Source of the DNA: an uncultured bacterium | GTDB taxonomy: Bacteria; Patescibacteriota; Minisyncoccia; UBA6257; 2-01-FULL-56-20 | Assembly (NCBI GenBank): GCA_963696395.1 | Contig: CAVOJZ010000002.1 | Location: 296,347 to 360,346 of the forward strand | Reading direction: 5' to 3' | Length of the DNA stretch: 64,000 bases | The notes under the pieces: model-generated | The model's database searches: none | Seen by the model: only the letters and a program-made list of their open reading frames with translations | What the model was told of the DNA's origin: nothing | Translations under genes and position numbers: made by a program | Shown here: positions 56,444 through 64,000 of the stretch, piece after piece | How positions within the stretch are numbered: position 1 is the first letter of the stretch | Layout of the letters: each line of letters starts with the position of its first letter

Positions 56444-59400
56444 TCAGTAGAGCTTCTGAAGTAATGCCCTCGTTGCCGGTCCAAAGAATCCGGTCCCCTT
56501 GATCCCGTTTGCCTTCTGCCACTTGGCCAGGGCCTGTGCCGTCTTGGCGCCAAAGTAGGTTGATTCGTGTCCGAGAGATCCTGCTCCCGTCTCGGATATC
56601 GGGTAGCCGTTGTCATTCAGGAAGACCTGGAGGTTTTGGACATCCGTCCCCCGTGACCCCACGGTGAGATTTCTCGTAAAGGTTGCGACAAGCTGGGTAT
56701 TCAGCTGCTTCACGAGGGAGAGGAGTTCGGTAAGGAGGGTTTGGAGAAGTGCGGAGTTGCCGCTGGTTCCGGTCCCCGTGCCGGTTGTGGTTGAGGTTGA
56801 TGCGGGAGGGATATAGTAGCCGCCGCCGCCGCCTCCACCTCCGCCGCCGCCTCCACCGCCGCCTCCACCACCACCGCCGCCGGATTGCTGGGTTTCCGTG
56901 GTTGCGCTTGTGGATGAGCTTTGTCCGGACACATTCCCTGCGGCGTCAAAGGCATCTACGGTATATGAGTAGAGGCTGTCCTGATTGAGCCCGGTATTCT
57001 GGTAACTGGTAGCACTGGTCGTTGCGATCTGCACGCTGTTTTGAAATATGCCATATCCGGCTACGGGGATGGAACTTGTGGAGGCACTCCAGGAGAGATC
57101 GATCTCGGAGGGAGAGACCGGGGTTGCGGAGAGATTCTGGGGTACGGAAGGAGGGATGCTTTGCACGGTCACGGTTGTCTGGGCGGTACTTGTGCCGTTG
57201 CCATTCGAAGAAGCCGTGAGGGTGTAGGTCGTGGTGGAGGTGGGAGCGACAGAGAATGAGCCGATGAGGGTTGAGGTCGAAAAACTGCCCGGGGAGATGG
57301 AGACGGAAGAGGCGTTACTCACACTCCAGGAAAGGGTTGAGGTGACGCTTGGTTCTGTATACTGGGGGGCGGCAGAGAAGGATCCAATCGAGGGGGCGGA
57401 GGAGGAAGAATTGTTTGAATAATAATTTGCATTGAACGCCAGCGGACTTCCCGCTCCACCCTCCGAGCCGCCCATTACGTTCATGTAAGCAGCTTCCGCG
57501 GGAATCGCATACGCATGCCCCCCGGGGCCAATCCCGCCAGTCACGTCAGGACCAATCGCAGGCCATGGGATTGAATTGCTCCACCAGGAAGGTTTTGAAC
57601 TGAGATATAACGACGCTGGGAGCGTATTCGTCACATCAGGAGCCCACGTCGTTGAAGCGCTCACCTCGTTATAATCACCGTTTACGAGAGAAGAGCCGTA
57701 AGCAAACGGAGTTCCGCTTGTGGTACTTTGCGCAGCGTTAAAATAACCGAACACAGAACCGTAAGCACCATCACCATAACCTGCAATCGGTGTAGGCCAG
57801 ACTGCGGTCGGGAACTGCGGCATGGGCGTGCCTTGATTGAATTCCGTCAAATTTGCCATCTGCGACGAACCCAGGACATCCCCCAGAAAATTGTCGTTGC
57901 GAGAAAGATAGGTATCATCCACTCCATCGTTTTGTTCTACCGCATACCACCCAGGGCTACTGGTCCCAACACCCAACGGCGAACACGTAACCGTTCCCCT
58001 ACCGAATAGCGGATTGCAGATAATGTCAGCGCCAGTTCCCCAATTTCTAAAAAAGGTTGTATTTTCTTCTGATCCCCAAATACCATCAGTACTAAAGAAG
58101 GAACCTCCGACATTTCCTTCGTAAAGGGTGTATTGCGGGTTCGCTCCGTGCATCGTCACGCAAGCAGAAAGCGAATTGTAGCCTCCGCTGTCAAATGAAC
58201 CTGTGCAGTAATTATATGAAATAACATTTCCTGCGGCGCCCCACTCAAGCATAAGGTAGGCGTGCAATCGCTCCAAAATATTATTCTGAACGAGCATCCC
58301 GGTCGATTTGTAGGCAAGATCGATATCGGAATCATATGTGCCCGGCGTATGAAGATAAGAGTTTGAAAAATAACTATTGATAATACTCCCATGGTACGAC
58401 CATTCGGAAAGAACGTGATCACCGTCGGTATAATTCCCTTCAACACCATTCAACCAACAATTTGCGCATTCTCCCATGTAGAAGTTTGACTGTTCTCCGT
58501 TGATATGAGTATTGTTCGCGTACACCTGGAGGTTTTCTACACCGGCGTCTTTCGCTGCGGCCGTGAACGGCGTTGCCATCGGTTGCGTTGACGTGCCTAT
58601 TCCCATATCCTGCCAGACACAAGTACCGTCATCTACCACTGATCCATTCGTGGGGAATGTTGGTGTTGACGATCCTGTCGTACACGTATATGGAACTGAA
58701 TTATTATTGAATGTTTGTTCATAATAGTGGGTAGGTTGGGATGATGGATTGATATACGTGGCGAGACCGTACTGCGTATTTGGCACCCAACCAGAGAGTT
58801 GGGTTGTATAGTCCGTGAAAAGCGAGGGGCTTATGCCAACCGTATTGCCGTTCACTGATTCGACTTCGACAATCTGACCTTGCGACCTCGATCCGTCGCT
58901 CGTATGTCCTCCGTCGCACCACTCACATTGACCTTCATTGCCAGTGATCGTAACGTCGCCAGTATTCAACTCATCAATCACTAAATAGCTTCCGACCGAA
59001 ATACCCGACGACGTACTCACGGTAATGCTCGTGGATCCTCGCGAGGTGCCGCCAGTCATCTCAAGTGCATTATTAAAATTGGGTCCGTTCAAACTTCCAA
59101 GCAACACGGGAGGGCCAGACGTCGCCTCAGAATTCAAGATTGTTTGATTCGCGCCCTGGCCTCGCAGCGTGACATCGCTTGGGATATTCAAATTTCCGTT
59201 TATCAAAAATGTTCCCGCCGATAAAGAAACTGCATCGCCTCCCGGGCAAGCATTCAGTGCCGCCTGAATGCCCGGGGTCGCGTCGCTCGCACCATTGCCG
59301 TACGTAGTCGCATTCACGGTAGAACAAATGGTGTTACGCACCGGAATTCCCCCTATAACTCCCGCCGTTGACCAGTCAATTTTCCGACTTGGATCGAGGA

Positions 59401-60670
59401 TATCATCCGGTCCGGAAGGCGCTCCCACCGAGGCAGAAACGACCGACGATGTCGCGGACGTATTCCCTACGATATCGAACGCGTCAATATCGTACGTATA
59501 GGTTGATGAAGGCACGAGACCAATGTCGTCGTAATTTAAAGCACTCGTAGTTGCTATTTTTACACCATTGCGATAAATATCGTACCCTCCAACGGAAGTG
59601 TTGTCAGTTGAAGGACTCCACAGCAAATTTATCTCGTACGGAGAAATGGTGTACGCAATGAGGTTTGTCGGCACGGAGGGCGGCGCACCGTCTACCGTCA
59701 CCGTCGTCGTTGCCGTTGAAGTTCCGTTGGTGTTATTTGCCCAAAGCGTGTAGACAGTAGTTGAGGTTGGATGAACATTCGTTGAGCCAACCGGAGTACT
59801 TGTCGAGAAAGAACCAGGGGTAATCGATAGAGACGTTGCCCCTAAAACGTTCCACGACAACGTCGAGGTTCCAGCAGAAGCGACGACTGCCGGATTCGCT
59901 AAAAAGGAATTAAGGAAAGGTGCATTGCCAGTAGCAGATTTAAATGTCGCGATATCAGCATACATCGGCGATGAAGTATTGGTAAATGTATTCGCATAGG
60001 TTCCCGTTGACGTCACGATGCGATCGGCGGTAACCATGCACTGGACGCCGGGCATTCCATCATAAGAACTTGCCTCAATCGTCCATCCTGAGCTCACGGT
60101 CCAGTTTGAAGTCGGTGCGCAAGCATATGCCCCCGCAAGGGAGAAGAGAAGTTCGTTGCTCCCTGCTGTCGTAACATATCCGGTGCCAACCGACGGGCCA
60201 GCCGCCGTACTACTCCCATTTAGTTGATCAAGAGGGCTCGATGTCGCAACTCCTGTGTATTCGTGTATCGCGACCGCACTCCACCCCGGCCCGCTTGGCC
60301 ATCCAACAGAGACAGAATCCGCACCGCCGTGAATATTTTCCGCGTAATAAAGTGTATCTTGAATAGAATCGTAACCGCACGCGACGGTACACAGGGTTGA
60401 AGAGACCAGGGTAAAAGCGTCGCCCTCCGTATCGGAGATGGTCCCGGTCGCCCCTGACCCAAAGATCGAAACCACCAGAAAATCTCCACTCGTGGTGCTT
60501 GAAGCGAAAGAAACGGTGGTTGTCCCAGCTGAACCGAGATAGTTCGAGGGCGAGCTCGTTGCTTGAATAAGACTAATCGCCGCCCTTGCCGGCTTCGCTT
60601 GCACCCCAAAGAAAATGAGCCCGAGAACTACCACTATATAGAGAGATTGCTTATAAAGTTTGCCTGCCAT
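56444..60670 (-). CDS. Giant surface protein: signal peptide, beta-sandwich, Ig+FnIII, pectate-lyase-like beta-helix, Ig+FnIII, poly-Gly linker, peptidoglycan-binding domain
   Basis: DATPGIQAALNAC....V.L.AGTF...VTLRGQG (pectate_lyase_3-like start); two PPSVP.NL.A...WS.ST...AFD..GN FnIII units; C-terminal L..GS.G.DV..LQ.FLN. Confidence 0.85.
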   Translation of the reverse strand: MAGKLYKQSLYIVVVLGLIFFGVQAKPARAAISLIQATSSPSNYLGSAGTTTVSFASSTTSGDFLVVSIFGSGATGTISDTEGDAFTLVSSTLCTVACGYDSIQDTLYYAENIHGGADSVSVGWPSGPGWSAVAIHEYTGVATSSPLDQLNGSSTAAGPSVGTGYVTTAGSNELLFSLAGAYACAPTSNWTVSSGWTIEASSYDGMPGVQCMVTADRIVTSTGTYANTFTNTSSPMYADIATFKSATGNAPFLNSFLANPAVVASAGTSTLSWNVLGATSLSITPGSFSTSTPVGSTNVHPTSTTVYTLWANNTNGTSTATTTVTVDGAPPSVPTNLIAYTISPYEINLLWSPSTDNTSVGGYDIYRNGVKIATTSALNYDDIGLVPSSTYTYDIDAFDIVGNTSATSSVVSASVGAPSGPDDILDPSRKIDWSTAGVIGGIPVRNTICSTVNATTYGNGASDATPGIQAALNACPGGDAVSLSAGTFLINGNLNIPSDVTLRGQGANQTILNSEATSGPPVLLGSLNGPNFNNALEMTGGTSRGSTSITVSTSSGISVGSYLVIDELNTGDVTITGNEGQCEWCDGGHTSDGSRSQGQIVEVESVNGNTVGISPSLFTDYTTQLSGWVPNTQYGLATYINPSSQPTHYYEQTFNNNSVPYTCTTGSSTPTFPTNGSVVDDGTCVWQDMGIGTSTQPMATPFTAAAKDAGVENLQVYANNTHINGEQSNFYMGECANCWLNGVEGNYTDGDHVLSEWSYHGSIINSYFSNSYLHTPGTYDSDIDLAYKSTGMLVQNNILERLHAYLMLEWGAAGNVISYNYCTGSFDSGGYNSLSACVTMHGANPQYTLYEGNVGGSFFSTDGIWGSEENTTFFRNWGTGADIICNPLFGRGTVTCSPLGVGTSSPGWYAVEQNDGVDDTYLSRNDNFLGDVLGSSQMANLTEFNQGTPMPQFPTAVWPTPIAGYGDGAYGSVFGYFNAAQSTTSGTPFAYGSSLVNGDYNEVSASTTWAPDVTNTLPASLYLSSKPSWWSNSIPWPAIGPDVTGGIGPGGHAYAIPAEAAYMNVMGGSEGGAGSPLAFNANYYSNNSSSSAPSIGSFSAAPQYTEPSVTSTLSWSVSNASSVSISPGSFSTSTLIGSFSVAPTSTTTYTLTASSNGNGTSTAQTTVTVQSIPPSVPQNLSATPVSPSEIDLSWSASTSSIPVAGYGIFQNSVQIATTSATSYQNTGLNQDSLYSYTVDAFDAAGNVSGQSSSTSATTETQQSGGGGGGGGGGGGGGGGGGGGGYYIPPASTSTTTGTGTGTSGNSALLQTLLTELLSLVKQLNTQLVATFTRNLTVGSRGTDVQNLQVFLNDNGYPISETGAGSLGHESTYFGAKTAQALAKWQKANGIKGTGFFGPATRALLQKLY

Positions 60671-60820
60671 GTGGCTTACCTTTCATTCTACCTTGTTCCG
60701 GGGGGGGCATAAGGAGGCTTGGGGATAAGGAGACCTCCTTGGAAAACCTTTTATTAATATGAGGTTCGAACGTCGTCCCTTCCTCCCGAGGTAGGGACTC
60801 GTACCAAAAATTCGTATTCG

Positions 60821-60907
60821 CGGAGAGGGAGGGATTCGAACCCTCGGTGCCGGTAAAGGCACACAGTCTTTCCAGGACTGCTGTTTAAACCACTCGCACA
60901 CCTCTCC
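60821..60907 (-). tRNA. tRNA-Ser(GGA)
   Basis: GGAGAGG acceptor stem, CAGTC-CTGGAAA-GACTG anticodon arm, variable arm GTGCC..GGCAC, T-arm GAGGG-TTCGAAT-CCCTC. Confidence 0.95.
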
Positions 60908-60946
60908 TTTCTTTTACTGACCAATAAGATTGTGCCTTGAAAACGG

Positions 60947-61858
60947 CTACACTGCAACTTTGCGGAGCGCCGCAATGCGTTCTTCGATTGGCGGATGTGT
61001 CATCCAAATTTTGTGCCACCAGGAAACGTGCTGACCCTTGAACGGCGTATCAATCCAAAGATGCGCCGTTGAATCTTTCGCAGCGCGCATCGGCACGGTG
61101 TCTACGGCGATTTTCTGCAAAGCCGAGATGAGGCCTTCCGGATAGCGCGTGAGCAAAACGCCCGAGGCATCCGCGAGCGCCTCGCGGCGGCGCGAGATGG
61201 CGAGCTGGATCAGCATGGTGCCGATCGGCGCAAGGATGGAAAGGATTATTCCGACGACGAGAAAAACCACTCCGGCTTCGCCGTTATTTCTCCCTCGTCC
61301 TCCGCCGATGCCGCCGAAGAAAAGCGAACGGAGAAAAATGTCCGCGATGAGTGAAATGATGCCGGCAAGAACCGCGGCAACCGTCGAAACAAGAATGTCC
61401 CGATTCTTCACGTGCGACATTTCATGCGCGAGCACACCTTCAAGTTCCGATTTATTCAGCCGTTGCAACGCCCCCTGTGTTACGGCAACCGCAGCGTGCT
61501 CGGGATTCCGTCCCGTGGCAAAAGCATTGATCTGCATCTCGGGCGTTATATAAATCTTGGGCATCGGCAGGCCATCGGCAATACAGAGATTCTCAACGAC
61601 ATCCCAATACATCGGGTTATCTTTTTTCTCAACGGGTACCGCGCGCGCCATTTTCAAGGCGATCGTAGCGGAGGAATAGTAGCTGATAAACGAATAGACG
61701 ATGCTGAAGATGACGGCAAAGATAAGAAAACTCGGATCGCCGTAATACATTGAAATCACGTAGCCGATTGCACCGACGACGATAAAGAAAACAAAAAACA
61801 TCAGCCACGTTTTACGGACATTGGAAGACTGCAGGGAATAGAGATTGGTGGCGGCCAT
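60947..61858 (-). CDS. htpX: M48 zinc metalloprotease HtpX
   Basis: NAFATGR, AHEMSH, ISRRRE..AD, THPP.EERI. Confidence 0.93.
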   Translation of the reverse strand: MAATNLYSLQSSNVRKTWLMFFVFFIVVGAIGYVISMYYGDPSFLIFAVIFSIVYSFISYYSSATIALKMARAVPVEKKDNPMYWDVVENLCIADGLPMPKIYITPEMQINAFATGRNPEHAAVAVTQGALQRLNKSELEGVLAHEMSHVKNRDILVSTVAAVLAGIISLIADIFLRSLFFGGIGGGRGRNNGEAGVVFLVVGIILSILAPIGTMLIQLAISRRREALADASGVLLTRYPEGLISALQKIAVDTVPMRAAKDSTAHLWIDTPFKGQHVSWWHKIWMTHPPIEERIAALRKVAV

Positions 61859-61860
61859 CG

Positions 61861-62412
61861 TTAAAACTTCACTTGCACCGGCGCTTTCTCCGCATCGGAG
61901 AGGTCGCCGAAGAATTGCATCGGCTTAAAATTGAACGTGCTTGCGATGAGATTCGACGGGAACATTTGAATCTTGGCATTCAAGTCGCGAACCATGCCGT
62001 TGTAAAACCGCCGCGCAGCCTGGATCTTATCTTCCGTGTCAGTAAGCTCATTCTGCAAGTTCAAGAAATTCTCATTCGCTTTGAGCTGAGGATAATTTTC
62101 CGCAACCGCAAAAAGCGATTTTAACGTTTGCGAAAGTTGGTTTTCCGCCGCGGCTTTGGCGAGACCCGTTGCCTGCATCGCGAGTGACCTTGCCTGCGCG
62201 ACATCTTCAAACACCGTTTTCTCGTGAGAGGCATAACCTTTCACCGATTCAACGAGATTCGGGATGAGATCGTACCGGCGCTTAAGCTGAACATCAATAT
62301 CCGAATACGCCTCCTGAGACCGGGTGCGTGTGCGAACCAGACCGTTATATGAGCCGATAAGCCACAAAACAAGCACGACCACGACCGCTATGAGAATCCA
62401 TTCAATAATCAT
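61861..62412 (-). CDS. lemA: LemA family protein
   Basis: YN.LV, IDVQLKRRYDLIPNLV, ENYPQLKA, ARRFYN, FPSN. Confidence 0.95.
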   Translation of the reverse strand: MIIEWILIAVVVVLVLWLIGSYNGLVRTRTRSQEAYSDIDVQLKRRYDLIPNLVESVKGYASHEKTVFEDVAQARSLAMQATGLAKAAAENQLSQTLKSLFAVAENYPQLKANENFLNLQNELTDTEDKIQAARRFYNGMVRDLNAKIQMFPSNLIASTFNFKPMQFFGDLSDAEKAPVQVKF

Positions 62413-62425
62413 GGGTATATTATAC

Positions 62426-62478
62426 AAAAAAAGAAGGGGTTTTGCAACGTAAGGTTATACGATACAAAACCCCTTTTG
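62426..62478 (-). terminator. Terminator-like hairpin
   Basis: AAGGGGTTTTG...CAAAACCCCTT stem with an A-run on its left. Confidence 0.55.
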
Positions 62479-62481
62479 GGT

Positions 62482-62802
62482 CTATTTCTTTTTCCGTGGC
62501 GGCACGGGATGCGGCAAGGTTGGCCGTTTCGGGTTATTATCCGGATCTTCAATGAGGTCCGGCCTTAAGCCAAAGGTGTCGAGAAGCACGAACGGATATT
62601 TTTCGTGGATGGCCGGCGGAGGCGGAACTTCGTACGGTGAAAAGTCAATGTTCTTCACGGTCAATCCAGCATTGTTCGATACAAGTTTTGGAATCACGGT
62701 CATGTCAGAAAACGTTCCCAACGTGACGTCATGCTTCTGTGAAAAAGCCGAAGTCGCGACGGCTGCCATCACGACGAAGACGATCATCAATCTCAATTTC
62801 AT
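62482..62802 (-). CDS. Small secreted hypothetical protein
   Basis: Signal peptide MKLRLMIVFVVMAAVATSAFS; Pro-rich. Confidence 0.6.
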   Translation of the reverse strand: MKLRLMIVFVVMAAVATSAFSQKHDVTLGTFSDMTVIPKLVSNNAGLTVKNIDFSPYEVPPPPAIHEKYPFVLLDTFGLRPDLIEDPDNNPKRPTLPHPVPPRKKK

Positions 62803-62909
62803 ACCTTTCTCCCGCACAACCAGATTCTGATGTTCTGGTTTGAATTATAACATTTTAATGTGCTTTGTCAATCTTTCCCTCCGGCCACTCAAAATAACGC
62901 CTGCGAAAA

Positions 62910-62940
62910 CAAAAACGGCCACTGCTTGTGGTCGTTTTTG
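62910..62940. terminator. groEL terminator
   Basis: CAAAAACGGCCAC-TGCTT-GTGGTCGTTTTTG. Confidence 0.7.
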
Positions 62941-62961
62941 CATGTACACGTGTGGCTGATC

Positions 62962-64000
62962 TTAATAATCGTCCCCTCCCATTCCCGGCATGCCCCCTGG
63001 CATTCCCCCGCCCATCGGCGATTTCTTTTCGGGGATATTCGTAACCGCCGCACCGACAGTGAGATAGTTTGCCGCAACGGAAATGGCGTTCACAAATGCC
63101 ATCTTGGTCACCTTGAGCGGATCGATGATGCCCGCTTCTTTTAGGTCCGCCATTTTGTTGGTCATGGCGTTAAAACCATGCCATGGTTGATTCTTGCGAG
63201 CCTGGAGTTCCGCAACAATCCGATCCGGAGACTCTCCGCTGTTCGAAACAATTGCGCGAATCGGAGCTTCGAGTGCGCGCAGAAGAATCTTTGCCACCCC
63301 GTCTTTAATGCTTGCGGTTGATTTGCTGTCTTTGGACATGCCGGCGAGCTCAAGCGAAGCGTTGAACAACGCGATGCCGCCGCCGGGGACGATGCCTTCC
63401 TCCATGGCCGCACGGGTCGCGGAGACCGCGTCTTCGACGCGCTGCTTCAATTCTTTCTGCGCCGATTCGGCCGGTGCACCGACTTTGATGACGGCGACGC
63501 CACCGGAAAGTTTGCCGAGCCTTTCCTGCAATTTTTCTTTATCGAAATCTGATTCCGTTTTCTTGATCTGCGATTTGATCTGCGCAACGCGTGCATCAAT
63601 GTCTTTCTTTGCCGCCTTCCCGCCAACGATCGTCGTCGCATCTTTTGCGGAAACAACGCGATGTGCACGGCCGAGGTCGGTGAGTTCAACATTTTCGAGC
63701 TTCTTGCCGAGTTCGTCGGAAACGAACTGCGCTCCGGTTACAACGGCGATATCCTGCAACATTTCTTTCTTGCGATCGCCAAAGCCAGGAGCTTTTACGG
63801 CGAGCACATTGAACACGCCACGGAGCTTATTCAAGACGAGCGTTGTCAACGCTTCGCCTTCAACGTCGTCGGCGACGATCAACAGTTCTTTCTTGCCGCT
63901 CTGAACGATTTTTTCGAGAAGCGCCAGGATTTCCTGAATGGACGAAATTTTCTTATCCGTCACGAGCACGTAAGGGTCTTCGAGAACGGCTTCCATCTTC
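62962..64000 (-). CDS. groL: Chaperonin GroEL (3' part)
   Basis: KAPGFGDRKK, EKLQERL.KL.GGVAVIKVG, EEGIVPGGG, GGM-repeat tail. Confidence 0.97.
   Translation of the reverse strand, partial: KMEAVLEDPYVLVTDKKISSIQEILALLEKIVQSGKKELLIVADDVEGEALTTLVLNKLRGVFNVLAVKAPGFGDRKKEMLQDIAVVTGAQFVSDELGKKLENVELTDLGRAHRVVSAKDATTIVGGKAAKKDIDARVAQIKSQIKKTESDFDKEKLQERLGKLSGGVAVIKVGAPAESAQKELKQRVEDAVSATRAAMEEGIVPGGGIALFNASLELAGMSKDSKSTASIKDGVAKILLRALEAPIRAIVSNSGESPDRIVAELQARKNQPWHGFNAMTNKMADLKEAGIIDPLKVTKMAFVNAISVAANYLTVGAAVTNIPEKKSPMGGGMPGGMPGMGGDDY

Noticed and set aside
56820-56882. GGC/GGT/GGA tandem repeat as a contingency locus or non-coding repeat
   Set aside because: It is an in-frame poly-Gly linker with mixed codons
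1-64000. Alternative genetic code (UGA=Gly, as in Gracilibacteria/Absconditabacteria)
   Set aside because: Conserved genes are full-length under code 11 and TGA serves as a normal stop (e.g. rluA-like, GGDEF, fur)

Overview
Bacterial chromosomal segment in standard genetic code 11, most consistent with Patescibacteria/CPR (Parcubacteria-like). This is inferred from the type IV pilus genes, N-terminally truncated IF2, class II RNR, ApbE flavinylation module, tRNAs without encoded CCA and many start codons lacking a Shine-Dalgarno. Core genes: lepB, pth, T4P cluster, rluA-like, dprA-topA, relA/spoT, parAB, infB-rbfA, pyrD, cobO, nrdJ, dus, mscL, secE-nusG-rpsR, gyrB, lemA-htpX and groEL, plus 7 tRNAs. 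The most unusual signal is non-coding and centres on the antisense tRNA T-arm (GGA-TTCGAAC). (1) Four related ~35-bp sites spaced ~480-520 bp apart (34.3-35.9 kb) delimit small gene cassettes. Three carry exactly 5 extra nt between GGA and TTCGAA; the fourth is an orphan tRNA 3' end. (2) A site of the same geometry bounds a 4.2-kb giant surface-protein gene next to tRNA-Ser(GGA). (3) Two other tRNAs are followed by a shared, covarying, highly structured 175-270 bp element ending in a duplicate of the tRNA 3' end. No integrase is present in the window, so the cassette/recombination interpretation is inference.
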